Below, in pieces: positions 9,158-18,030 of a stretch of 59,061 bases of DNA. A program made the translations under genes and the position numbers. The stretch covers positions 1 to 59,061 of the forward strand of contig JBBSBR010000002.1 of assembly GCA_038251135.1 (NCBI GenBank). The letters are read 5' to 3'. Under the pieces are notes generated by a model. It did not search any database. It worked only from the letters and a program-made list of their open reading frames with translations, and was not told the origin of the DNA. How positions within the stretch are numbered: position 1 is the first letter of the stretch; each line of letters begins with the position of its first letter. The DNA is from Candidatus Saccharimonadia bacterium (lineage in GTDB: Bacteria > Patescibacteriota > Saccharimonadia > UBA4664).

Positions 9158-10261
9158 ATGGCACGTATTGGCTTAGCCGTCGACGATTCGCTGGATTCCA
9201 CCGATGGCGTTCAGCAATATGTACTAACGCTCGGACAATGGCTAACGACCCAAGGCCACGAGGTAGTTTATTTGGCCGGCCAGACCGACCGTACCGACAT
9301 AACCGTGCGCTCGCTCGGTCCGACCGTCCGAGTCGGCTTCAATCAGAACCGGCTCAATATTCCCCTGCCCTTCAAGCGTGCCTCAGCAAAAAAACTACTG
9401 GACGAGCTCAAACTTGATGTCCTGCATATCCAACTGCCCCATGCTCCGTATCTCACGGGTCGGCTCGTTCGCCACGCTCCGGACAGCCTGAGGATCGTCG
9501 GCACGTTCCACATACTGCCGGCCGGAAAACTGGCGAGCCTTGGAACCCGGGCACTGGGACTGATCAGCCGACGCCAACTCAAACGCTTCAACCAAATAAT
9601 TGCCGTATCGCCCGCCGCGGCCGCATTTGCCCGCAGTAATTACGGGGTTGACCCGATCGTTATCCCGAATGCGGTCGAGACGACCAAATTTGCCAGCCAG
9701 GCCAAGGTACCCAGGAACAGTCCGCCCAAGATCCTGTTTCTCGGACGGCTGGTTGAGCGCAAAGGCGCCCAACATTTGATCGATGCCGTCGGCCGGCTCC
9801 GCGGTATCTACCGCGAACCGCTCCAGGTAGTGATCGCCGGTCCCGGACCGTTGCGAGCCCGACTCGAGATGCAGGTCCGTACGCTTGGGCTTTCGGAAAT
9901 TGTCTCATTTACCGGCTTCGTCGACGAAGCGCAGAAACCGAAACTCTTAGCCTCAGCCGATATTGCCGTATTTCCCAGTACCGGCGGTGAAAGCTTCGGC
10001 ATCATCTTGGTGGAAGCTATGGCAGCGGGCGCCGGCGTCGTACTGGGGGGTGACAACCCCGGTTATGCGAGCATCCTGGGAGACCAACCCGAACTCCTGA
10101 TCGACCCGCTCGACACGCCGGAATTTGCCGAGCGTTTGGAGAAATTCTTACGCGATGACGCCCTGCGATCCGCAATGCGTAAATGGCAGATGAAAACCGC
10201 CAGACAATACGACGTGGAAATCGTCGGCCGGCGCATCCTTGAGACTTACGGTCTTAACTAG
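9158..10261 (+). CDS. GT4-family glycosyltransferase
   Basis: 367 aa. GGESFGIILVEAMAAGAGVV (EX7E). A paralogous architecture to the preceding gene. Confidence 0.85.
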   Translation: MARIGLAVDDSLDSTDGVQQYVLTLGQWLTTQGHEVVYLAGQTDRTDITVRSLGPTVRVGFNQNRLNIPLPFKRASAKKLLDELKLDVLHIQLPHAPYLTGRLVRHAPDSLRIVGTFHILPAGKLASLGTRALGLISRRQLKRFNQIIAVSPAAAAFARSNYGVDPIVIPNAVETTKFASQAKVPRNSPPKILFLGRLVERKGAQHLIDAVGRLRGIYREPLQVVIAGPGPLRARLEMQVRTLGLSEIVSFTGFVDEAQKPKLLASADIAVFPSTGGESFGIILVEAMAAGAGVVLGGDNPGYASILGDQPELLIDPLDTPEFAERLEKFLRDDALRSAMRKWQMKTARQYDVEIVGRRILETYGLN

Positions 10262-10268
10262 GCTCAGT

Positions 10269-13145
10269 TTAAATTTTCTCAACCCTAACGTAGAGCTCCT
10301 GACCGCCGACTTTGGCCGGTACGGCATCGGACGCACCGCTGGTCTTGAGCTCGACGGCGAGCGTCTCAGCCTTGATCGTTTCGGCATGAGCCGCAATCGC
10401 CCGGCTCAAATCCGGGTCTTCGGTTTCGAGCGTCAGAGCGATGCGGTCATCAACCTCGAATCCGGCATTTTTTCGCGCATTCTGAACAAGTCTTACCACG
10501 TCGCGCATCGTACCTTCGGCTCGCAGATCATCCGAAATCTCCGTATCGAGTTCCACTTCCGTATCCGCGCCGCCGCGGACAATTTCTTTCACATTGACCT
10601 CTTCGATAATAATCGGCAGATAATTATCCGGCAGGCTCGGTATCGTCAAGCGGCTCAGCGGCTGGCGGACTTTGATCTTGGACTCGGCTCGTAAACTTAA
10701 GCCTGCGGTTATGACCTCGCGGACTTTCGCCATATCAGCCAGAACCTCGGCATCGGCATCGCCGGCAACGGGCCAGTCGCTTAAATGAACGCTCGGGGCT
10801 TCATCCATGCCTTCGGTCAATCCGCGCCAGAGCTTATCGGCCACAAACGGACTCCATGGAGCCAGCAGTTGGGCAATTCGGCAAAGGGCGTAGTGCAAAG
10901 TTGCGTAAGCCTGCGCCTTGTCGTTGTCGTCTTCGCTTTTCCAGAAACGGCGGCGGCTGCGGCGAACGTACCAATTCGACAGATCGTCTACCAACCCGCG
11001 CAACGGACGCAGCGCTTGGGCCAGCTGGTAGGCGTCGGCCGCCTCGGTCATTTCGGAAATCGTTTCATCCAGACGCGCCAGCAACCACCGGTCGAGTACG
11101 TTGTCGGAGACCGGACGGGCAAGTTGCTTCGGTGCCGTCCAGCCGTCGATTTCGGCGTACATGCTCAGGAAACTATAGGTATTCCAGAGCGTCCCAAAGA
11201 CATTGCGCTGAATATCGCCCATCGCATCGCGGTTGAAACGCATGTAGTCGGCGCCCACCGCCTGGTCGTTACCAAGCAGATAAAACCGTAACGTATCGGC
11301 GCCTTCGACGCTGAAGACCTCTTCGACCGGCGGGTAATTTTTGAGGCGTTTCGACAGCTTCTGGCCGTCGGCCGCCATGACCATGCCGTTCACCAAGACG
11401 TTTTTGTAAGCCGGGCGGTCAAAGACAATCGTCGACAGCACGTGCTGAACATAGAACCAAAGCCGCGTCTGATCAAGGCCCTCGCCGATATAATCAGCCG
11501 GAAAGCTCGCCTCGAACACCTCTTTGTTCTCAAACGGATAATGCTGCTGGGCGGCCGGCATCGAGCCGCTTTCGAACCAGCAGTCGAAGACCTCATCGAT
11601 CCGCTTGTACGTTTTGCCGTCTTTGGCGATCACTACATTGTCGATTCCCGGCCGGTGAAGATCATCGGGCGTTTCGGACAGCCCGGCGAGCTCCGTCAGT
11701 TCCGCCAGACTCGAAACCACGAGATAATCGGTCTCATCCTGATCATTGACCCAGATCGGCATCGGGGCGCCCCAATAGCGGCTCCGGCTGATCGACCAGT
11801 CTCGCGCTCCCTCAAGCCATTTCCCGAAGCGGCCAGTCTTGATGTGGGCCGGCTGCCAATTGATCTGATCGGCCGTCCGCGCCATGTCGCCGCGTATCGC
11901 CGACACTTTCACAAACCAAGTCGAAATCGCGTAATACAGCAGCGGTGTATCGCAGCGATAGCAGAACGGGTAGGTATGCGTAAACATCTCCGCCGCGTAC
12001 ACCCGGCCGGCTTTGGTCAGATGCTCGATTATGAGCTTATCGGCGCCTTTGAAGAATTTATTGCGCACGGCTTCGAGCGAAATATTGTCCGTCAGATGTC
12101 CGTCCGGCTTCACGGTATTGAGTACCGGAATGTCATGCTTCACGGCCAGGTTCAGGTCTTCCTCGCCGAAGGCCGGGGCCACGTGCAGGACGCCGGACCC
12201 TTCCTCGACCGCGACGGCCGACGCAGTCCAGACCCGATATAAATTCTCGCTTTTTGGCAAGTTCGAAAGTTCAAACAGCGGCTCGTAGCGCTTGCCGATG
12301 AGATCGTCTGCCGCAACTTCTTTGAGGATTCTGTACTCAGCCTTGAGTACGTCGAGCCGACTCTTGGCCAGAATCAGGACTTCGCTCACCCCCTCGTCGT
12401 CTTTGAGCTCCACATAGACATATTTAGCTTCCGGATTGACGGCGACGGCCGCGTTTCCGGGCAGACTCCAGGGGGTCGTCGTCCAGCCCAACAGGCTGGC
12501 GTCTTCATCGGCCAACTTAAACTTTACGTACAAGCTCGGATCCGGTACGTCGTCCTTGTAGCCCTCGTTTACCTCAAAGTTCGACAGCGGAGTCTCGCAC
12601 CGCGGACAGTACGGCATGCTCTTATAGCCCTTGTAGAGCAGCCCTTTTTCGTGAACCTGACCCAACATCCACCAGACGCTCTCAGTATAATCCCGGTCAA
12701 TCGTGGCATAAGCGTGCTCGGTGTCGGTCCAGCGTCCGGCGCGGCGAAAGAAATCCTCCCATTCGCCTTTGTATTTGAAGACGCTTGCCCGGCAGGCGTC
12801 ATTGAAAGTCTGAAGGCCAAGGTCCAAGATCTGCTTCTTGCCGCTCACGCCGAAATCTTTCTCGACGGCAAACTCGACCGGCAGACCGTGGCAGTCCCAG
12901 CCGTTCCGCCGCTCCACGTAGAATCCGCGCATCGTCTTGTAGCGGCCGAGCGAGTCCTTGATGCTCGTAACCAGAGTATGGCCGAAATGCGGCAGCCCGT
13001 TGGCAAACGGCGGTCCGTCATAGAAGCTAAAACGAGGTGCATCCTGGCGAATGGCCAAGCTCTGCCGGAAGGTTTGCTCATCCTCCCAAGTTTTGAGCAT
13101 CTCGGCTTCGAATTCGGGAAAATTGGCTTGAGGGGCTTTCTTCAT
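10269..13145 (-). CDS. ileS: Isoleucyl-tRNA synthetase (type 2-like)
   Basis: 958 aa. HIGH-like PHFGHTL, KMSKS-like KLSKRLKN, and a CP1 editing region. Several long + strand ORFs inside it are antisense shadows. Confidence 0.95.
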   Translation of the reverse strand: MKKAPQANFPEFEAEMLKTWEDEQTFRQSLAIRQDAPRFSFYDGPPFANGLPHFGHTLVTSIKDSLGRYKTMRGFYVERRNGWDCHGLPVEFAVEKDFGVSGKKQILDLGLQTFNDACRASVFKYKGEWEDFFRRAGRWTDTEHAYATIDRDYTESVWWMLGQVHEKGLLYKGYKSMPYCPRCETPLSNFEVNEGYKDDVPDPSLYVKFKLADEDASLLGWTTTPWSLPGNAAVAVNPEAKYVYVELKDDEGVSEVLILAKSRLDVLKAEYRILKEVAADDLIGKRYEPLFELSNLPKSENLYRVWTASAVAVEEGSGVLHVAPAFGEEDLNLAVKHDIPVLNTVKPDGHLTDNISLEAVRNKFFKGADKLIIEHLTKAGRVYAAEMFTHTYPFCYRCDTPLLYYAISTWFVKVSAIRGDMARTADQINWQPAHIKTGRFGKWLEGARDWSISRSRYWGAPMPIWVNDQDETDYLVVSSLAELTELAGLSETPDDLHRPGIDNVVIAKDGKTYKRIDEVFDCWFESGSMPAAQQHYPFENKEVFEASFPADYIGEGLDQTRLWFYVQHVLSTIVFDRPAYKNVLVNGMVMAADGQKLSKRLKNYPPVEEVFSVEGADTLRFYLLGNDQAVGADYMRFNRDAMGDIQRNVFGTLWNTYSFLSMYAEIDGWTAPKQLARPVSDNVLDRWLLARLDETISEMTEAADAYQLAQALRPLRGLVDDLSNWYVRRSRRRFWKSEDDNDKAQAYATLHYALCRIAQLLAPWSPFVADKLWRGLTEGMDEAPSVHLSDWPVAGDADAEVLADMAKVREVITAGLSLRAESKIKVRQPLSRLTIPSLPDNYLPIIIEEVNVKEIVRGGADTEVELDTEISDDLRAEGTMRDVVRLVQNARKNAGFEVDDRIALTLETEDPDLSRAIAAHAETIKAETLAVELKTSGASDAVPAKVGGQELYVRVEKI

Positions 13146-13370
13146 GAGTCTCCTTTAAGTTTGAATACGAAAATCCATCGGGGTGCAGGGATCCAGCGAT
13201 TGCCGGACGGTACCACCCTGCTTTCCAGATGGACGCTTCATTCATTACTGCTCACGGGAGTAATCTGACCGTCGACTTCTACTAGTACGGGGCGTACGTT
13301 CTGGTCGCTGCTTCGCGGTTGATAGCCGCTCACTCCGCCGCGGCGAAGACGCATGTGCATTAAGTTGTAA
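13146..13370 (-). promoter_or_regulatory. T-box leader (tRNA-Ile sensing) of ileS
   Basis: Minus-strand AGCAGGGUGGUACCGUCCGG T-box sequence. Antiterminator: A1 GCAGGG (13221..13216) pairs with CCCUGC (13190..13185), the bulge is UGGUACC (13215..13209), and A2 is GUCCGGC-AAUC-GCUGGAU. Short Stem I is CUUCGC (13348..13343) with GCGAAG (13316..13311), and the 3'-side loop is U-AUC-A with the AUC codon at 13323..13321. Confidence 0.8.
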
Positions 13371-13374
13371 ACGT

Positions 13375-13403
13375 ATTATGGCCCGTACTTAGCCGTGAAT
13401 CAA
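13375..13403 (-). promoter_or_regulatory. Candidate promoter of the ileS T-box leader (TTGATT-17-CATAAT)
   Basis: On the minus strand, TTGATT is at 13403..13398 and CATAAT at 13380..13375. It overlaps the 3' end of yggT. Confidence 0.4.
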
Positions 13404-13652
13404 GCTATGTGCGGCGATCTGGATAATCTGCAATATGAAGAATAATGCCAACGGCGAGAAATCTATGCCCGGTACCCGAGGCAAGACCCGCCGCAACGGG
13501 CTGAGCAACGGTTCAGTGATATCGATAAACAATTGATACAACCGGTTTGTCGGGCGAGCGAAGTAACTCATGACGATGCGCACGAGCAGGATACCCGTAA
13601 ATACCCAGACAAAGACATCGATGTAGGTCAGCAAGAGCGCTCCGCCGGTCAT
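13389..13652 (-). CDS. yggT: YggT-family membrane protein
   Basis: 87 aa with two TM segments. Has the YggT-like core LFIDITEPLLSPLRRVLP...GIDFSPL. Confidence 0.8.
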   Translation of the reverse strand: MTGGALLLTYIDVFVWVFTGILLVRIVMSYFARPTNRLYQLFIDITEPLLSPLRRVLPRVPGIDFSPLALFFILQIIQIAAHSLIHG

Positions 13653-13912
13653 TGATGCGCCAAGTAGCTGATTTCAGACGGCGGCGGGAAAGACTCAGCA
13701 TCCTGCCAGACCTGCACAGTACTGCCGTCGTCGCGGGCCACTACGATCGCCGGACGGCCCATCACATCAAAAGCTTCCGCCAAACTAATACCCTGCGGCG
13801 TATCGGCATCCGTCATCTCATAGGGTGTCTGGGCTGCATCGAGACGCTTGGCGTAATCCATCATCTGGCGCTCGCCGGGGGTCTGACGATTGTAGAGCAA
13901 GTATACGTTCAT
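13649..13912 (-). CDS. Hypothetical small protein, translationally coupled to yggT
   Basis: ORF 13649..13978. I place the start at ATG 13912 (MNVYLLYNRQTPGE...). Its stop overlaps the yggT ATG (ATGA at 13652..13649). No obvious SD. Confidence 0.45.
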   Translation of the reverse strand: MNVYLLYNRQTPGERQMMDYAKRLDAAQTPYEMTDADTPQGISLAEAFDVMGRPAIVVARDDGSTVQVWQDAESFPPPSEISYLAHQ

Positions 13913-14048
13913 GACTGAAATTGTAGCATAACCGTGTAGCAAGTCGGCACCGATACAAAGAAATCCCGCCTCCGCCACACCCTGTAGGGTACGGCGGAGG
14001 CGGGACAGGGTAGCTGGCGCTTGCGGGGTCTCCGCCTGAGCACCGGCT

Positions 14049-14507
14049 CTAAACTGCGAATACGCCCATGACTACTCCGAGATCGGTCAGCCGTTGCAGA
14101 CTCCCGAGCTGGGCGCGCGTGAGCGTAATTCGGGCCGGCAACCGCTGGCAAAGCCGCGCTAGGACAGGCTGCTCAACCTTCATCTCCAGCAGCGTCTTCG
14201 CGAGCTCCACTGAATCCGCGTCGACGTGCGGCCGAAAGGCAACGATCACCTTTTCGGCTTCCTGTTGGCTGCTCTTAGCGGGATTGAAGCCGCTTTGTCC
14301 TCGTCGGCGGCCTCCGCCGGTGACATTGCGGGCCGACTGCTTGGGGCTCACCCGGCCGCCATTTTTGGGGGCGTAGAAGGCGGTTGAGGTCTGCCGGTTG
14401 CCGGGCAGAAACCGGGGCGGCTCGGATTGCTTCGCCGTATCCGGCTCCGGTTTTTCGATCCGCTTGGCGGAACTGGCCATCTTCCGACGATCACGTGGTG
14501 CTGGCAT
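14049..14507 (-). CDS. Hypothetical basic protein (disordered Arg/Lys/Gly-rich N-terminus, folded C-terminal domain)
   Basis: ORF 14049..14546. I moved the start to ATG 14507, preceded by GGAGGT. Confidence 0.5.
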   Translation of the reverse strand: MPAPRDRRKMASSAKRIEKPEPDTAKQSEPPRFLPGNRQTSTAFYAPKNGGRVSPKQSARNVTGGGRRRGQSGFNPAKSSQQEAEKVIVAFRPHVDADSVELAKTLLEMKVEQPVLARLCQRLPARITLTRAQLGSLQRLTDLGVVMGVFAV

Positions 14508-14558
14508 AATACCTCCGCTGCTCGAATGAATAACGGCATCTTTCAAGGTGCGTGTAAC

Positions 14559-14587
14559 AAAAATGGAGCCTCTGGTGGGAGGCTCCC
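14559..14587 (-). terminator. Intrinsic terminator after the 28-aa mini-gene
   Basis: Minus strand GGAGCCUC-CCACCA-GAGGCUCC followed by AUUUUUG. Confidence 0.6.
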
Positions 14588-14617
14588 GATCTGTTACAAA
14601 AATCTTAAAGCCCCGCG

Positions 14618-14704
14618 CTATGCATTTCCCATCAGAATGATACCTGCCAGGAACAGGCCCTGCTGATACATAACATTTGCGCTTCGCTTCATAGTAGACA
14701 TCAT
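14618..14704 (-). CDS. 28-aa hydrophobic peptide (MMSTMKRSANVMYQQGLFLAGIILMGNA)
   Basis: Below the ORF-track cutoff. ATG at 14704, GGAGGG SD at 14718..14713 (8-nt spacing), TAG at 14620..14618. It is flanked by the nrdJ terminator upstream and its own terminator downstream. Confidence 0.4.
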   Translation of the reverse strand: MMSTMKRSANVMYQQGLFLAGIILMGNA

Positions 14705-14740
14705 ACCGCTAACCCTCCCTGACGGTCAAGCAAAGAAAAC

Positions 14741-14782
14741 GGGCGGGTTCTGGGTAGCTCATACGCAACCCAGAACCCGCCC
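14741..14782 (-). terminator. Intrinsic terminator of nrdJ
   Basis: Perfect 15-bp stem GGGCGGGTTCTGGGT (14741..14755) with ACCCAGAACCCGCCC (14768..14782). On the minus strand it is followed by GUUUUCUUU. Confidence 0.8.
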
Positions 14783-14805
14783 TTATGGCAACTGACCGCG
14801 ATCGG

Positions 14806-17754
14806 TCAGCTGCAGCCAGAAGTGGCGCCGCAACTCTCGCACACGTAGCAAGATCCTGCAGGCCTCATCTTGACACCGCAAGTCATGCAGAGCGGCGCAT
14901 CGGTGGAGACGGCAAACTTCTCCATGAGGTCGGCCGTTGAGTGGGCTCCCACGCTGGAAACCGAGGACAGAACCTCCTTTTCGATGACGACCGATTGGGC
15001 GAGTGTCTCATGGTTGAGACTCTCGTCTGCCAAGGCGGTAACCAGCGAGCTTCCGTATGCAGTATCAACCTGCTCCGTTCGCTCCTGGGCCGTATAGATG
15101 CCGTGGGCTGCCCGATCCTCGTACGGCAAGTGGTCGAGAGCCAGACGCCGGAAGATGTAGTCCATCATGGACTGCGCCATCCGAATATCCGGGTCGGCAG
15201 TCATACCTGCCGGCTCGAAGCGCATGTTCACGAACTTCGAAACGAACGCCTCGAGCGGTACTCCGTATTGCAGGCCGATCGAGACGGCAATCGAGAAGGC
15301 GTCCATAACTCCGGCTAGGGTTGAACCCTGCTTGCCGAGCTTCAGGAAAACCTCTCCCAACTGAACGTCCCCCGGGTATGAGCCGGCGGTCATGTAGCCC
15401 TCGGCTCCCGCCACCACGAACGATGTCGTGAGGCTGGGACGCTGCGTTGGCAGACGCCGGCGAACCGGACGGTGGTCTGCGACCACCTCGGACACCGGCG
15501 CTTCAGCCGTCTTCGGAGCAGAACTGCCTCCGGAGAGCGGCTGACCGACCTTGCATTCGTCACGGTAGATGGCCAGGGCCTTCACCCCGTACTTCCATCC
15601 GGCCATGTGAATCGCTTCGACATCATCGACCGTAGTCTCTTTAGGCAGATTGACGGTCTTGGAGATGCCTCCCGACAAGAACGGCTGAGTTGCCGCCATC
15701 ATCAGAACGTGCCCCATGGGCGAGATTGCTCGCTCGCCCACGGCGCAGTCGAAGACGGAGTAGTGAGCCTCGTCGAGACCCGGTGCCCCCACCACGTGAC
15801 CCTTGTCGGCGATAAAGTCGACGATGGCCTTGATGGCTTCTTCGTTGTACCAGAGCTTGGCGAGAGCCTGCGGAACCGTCTGGTTGACGATCTGCATCGA
15901 GCCCCCGCCCACCAGCTTCTTGAACTTGATGAGCGAGAAGTCCGGCTCGATGCCGGTCGTGTCGCAGTCCATCATGAAGCCGATGGTGCCGGTCGGTGCC
16001 AGCAGGCTGGCCTGGGCGTTGCGCCAACCCTGCTCCCGACCCAATTCATTGCCCTTCTGCCACTCAACGGCCGCCGCCTCGGCCACGGGCCGAGAGAGGT
16101 AGTCGAGCACTGCAGTGCCGAGACCGGACCGAGCCCCATCGGGAAGCCAACCCTGATGGGACCGGTCGAGCAGGCGCTTCGAAGCGGTCTCGTGCATCTT
16201 CATGACCCGCTCGTGGGGAGCCTGGTTGCGGGCAAACCCCACGTACGGTCCTACCACGCCGGCCAGCTCGGCCGATACGCGGTAGGCCGTGGACGTCAGC
16301 AGGCTAGTGATGGCCGCAGCCAGTCCGCGCCCTGCTTCAGAGTCGTACGCCAGTCCGGATACCATCAAAAGCGCACCGAGGTTGGCGTAACCGATCCCCA
16401 ACTGCCGGTACTCGCGCGTCGTCCGGCCGATGGGCTCGGTCGGAAAATCAGCGAAGCAGATGGAGATGTCCATGGCCAGCGTAATGAGCCTGGTTGCCTT
16501 CACGAATCGCTCCGTGGCGAAACTGTGGTCCTCGTTCAGGAACTTCAACAAATTCAAGCTCGCCAAGTTGCACGAGCTGTTATCGAGCGACAGGTACTCC
16601 GAACACGGATTTGAGGCCGTAATGCGGCCTGTTTCCGGGTTGGTGTGCCAGTCGTTGATGGTGTCGTCGTACTGCAGGCCGGGATCGGCAGCGGCCCAGG
16701 CGGCCTCCGCGATTTGCGCCCACAGCATACGGGCGTCGACGGTGTCGATGACCTCGCCCGCCCCGACGCCCGCGTTGTTGCCGCGGCCGATCAGATCGAA
16801 CGGTTTGCCGTCAACGACCGCCTGCATGAACGCGTCGGTGACACGCACTGAGTTGTTCGCGTTCTGGTACTGAACGCTCGCGGTGTCCTCGCCCCCGGGA
16901 TCCATGTCGAATCCAGCATCGCGCAGGACGCGGATCTTCTTCTCCTCATCGGCCTTAACTTTCACGAAGTGCTCAATGTCGGGGTGATCGACATCGAGGA
17001 CGACCATCTTGGCGGCGCGACGAGTCGCTCCGCCGCTCTTGATCGTTCCAGCTGAGGCATCGGCTCCGCGCATGAAGCTCACCGGTCCGGAGGCGTTGCC
17101 GCCGCTGGACAGCAACTCCTTCGAGGCGCGGATGCGCGACAGGTTGAGACCCGCCCCGCTGCCGCCCTTGAAGATCAAACCCTCCTCGCGGTACCAGTTG
17201 AGGATCGAGTCCATGGTGTCGTCGACCGACAGGATGAAGCAGGCCGAAACCTGCTGCGGCTCCGACGTGCCGACATTGAACCAGACCGGCGAGTTGAAGG
17301 CGAAGTGCTGGTGCAGCAATAGCCAGGTCAGCTCCTGCTCGAAGATCTCGGCATCGGCGTCGCTCGCGAAGTAGCCGTTGTCGCGCCCCGCCTCGACGTA
17401 CTTGCGTACGACGCGGTCGATGAGCTGACGAAGGCTGAACTCGCGATTGCCCTGGTCCTTATGGCCGCGGAAGTACTTGGTGGCCACGATGGTGGAGGCG
17501 TTGACGGACCATAAGTCCGGGAACTCAACGCCCTCCTGTGCAAAGACGGTAACGCCCGTCTTGTAGTTCTTCTGATTGATGTCGCGGTACTCCCATGTCA
17601 CCTCGTCGTACGGATGCACGCCGGGAGTCGAGAACTCGCGTTCGATCGTGAGACCGACGGCATTGGCCGGAGCGGTCTGACGGTGATCGAAATCGCTGTG
17701 CTTGGCGTGGCCGCCCTCCGAGAGCGAAGGTGCGGTATCGATAGTGGCGGTCAT
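14806..17754 (-). CDS. nrdJ: Class II (adenosylcobalamin-dependent) ribonucleotide reductase
   Basis: ORF 14806..17919. I moved the start to ATG 17754, which has a GGAAGGAAAG SD. The first 55 aa of the long ORF look non-coding. Active-site region TASNPCSEYLSLDNSSCNLASLNL and a C-terminal Cys cluster CMTCG...CYVCESCG. Confidence 0.9.
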   Translation of the reverse strand: MTATIDTAPSLSEGGHAKHSDFDHRQTAPANAVGLTIEREFSTPGVHPYDEVTWEYRDINQKNYKTGVTVFAQEGVEFPDLWSVNASTIVATKYFRGHKDQGNREFSLRQLIDRVVRKYVEAGRDNGYFASDADAEIFEQELTWLLLHQHFAFNSPVWFNVGTSEPQQVSACFILSVDDTMDSILNWYREEGLIFKGGSGAGLNLSRIRASKELLSSGGNASGPVSFMRGADASAGTIKSGGATRRAAKMVVLDVDHPDIEHFVKVKADEEKKIRVLRDAGFDMDPGGEDTASVQYQNANNSVRVTDAFMQAVVDGKPFDLIGRGNNAGVGAGEVIDTVDARMLWAQIAEAAWAAADPGLQYDDTINDWHTNPETGRITASNPCSEYLSLDNSSCNLASLNLLKFLNEDHSFATERFVKATRLITLAMDISICFADFPTEPIGRTTREYRQLGIGYANLGALLMVSGLAYDSEAGRGLAAAITSLLTSTAYRVSAELAGVVGPYVGFARNQAPHERVMKMHETASKRLLDRSHQGWLPDGARSGLGTAVLDYLSRPVAEAAAVEWQKGNELGREQGWRNAQASLLAPTGTIGFMMDCDTTGIEPDFSLIKFKKLVGGGSMQIVNQTVPQALAKLWYNEEAIKAIVDFIADKGHVVGAPGLDEAHYSVFDCAVGERAISPMGHVLMMAATQPFLSGGISKTVNLPKETTVDDVEAIHMAGWKYGVKALAIYRDECKVGQPLSGGSSAPKTAEAPVSEVVADHRPVRRRLPTQRPSLTTSFVVAGAEGYMTAGSYPGDVQLGEVFLKLGKQGSTLAGVMDAFSIAVSIGLQYGVPLEAFVSKFVNMRFEPAGMTADPDIRMAQSMMDYIFRRLALDHLPYEDRAAHGIYTAQERTEQVDTAYGSSLVTALADESLNHETLAQSVVIEKEVLSSVSSVGAHSTADLMEKFAVSTDAPLCMTCGVKMRPAGSCYVCESCGATSGCS

Positions 17755-18030
17755 GTCACTCACTTTCCTTCCTGCCTCACGGCAGACTGAAGTTTGCAGT
17801 GTGCCGCGCCGACAGTCGGGATTGACTGGTCGGTTATTACGGACCCGCGGGGCACCTGTACGCGGCTCACAAATCAGTGTTCCGTGTATGCCCTCCACAG
17901 GCTCCCCAAGAGCCCGCAATAACCATGATTCTTAGAAATAAACTGTCAAAGTTCTGCTTTCCGAACCCCGTTTGGAGCCGGTGCCGAGGGTCGACTAACA
18001 ATCCCCCGCATCCGCCTCAAACAACCCCGC

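Noticed and set aside
15472-16614. Long antisense ORFs inside well-supported genes. Examples are 15472..16614 in nrdJ, 44303..45481 in infB, 20443..21426 in ftsZ, 45681..46679 in rpsA, 31345..32313 in rel, 11442..12242 in ileS and 40182..40883 in def.
   Set aside because: They are Arg/Gly/His-rich translations with no recognisable motifs. Each lies opposite a gene with unambiguous family signatures. This is a typical artefact of moderately high GC.
17755-17919. 55-aa N-terminal extension of the nrdJ ORF.
   Set aside because: The extension (MRALGEPVEGIHGTLICEPRTGAPRVRNNR...) looks non-coding. A strong SD precedes the internal ATG at 17754, where the conserved RNR sequence begins.
17755-18030. 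Possible cobalamin riboswitch or NrdR boxes upstream of nrdJ.
   Set aside because: I found no B12-box-like element (consensus resembling AGYCMGGAGACCKGCC). I also found no 16-bp ACAC...GTGT palindromes. Only partial matches such as ACACTGATTTGTGA are present, and their spacing is wrong. The region is reported only as an unclassified structured leader.
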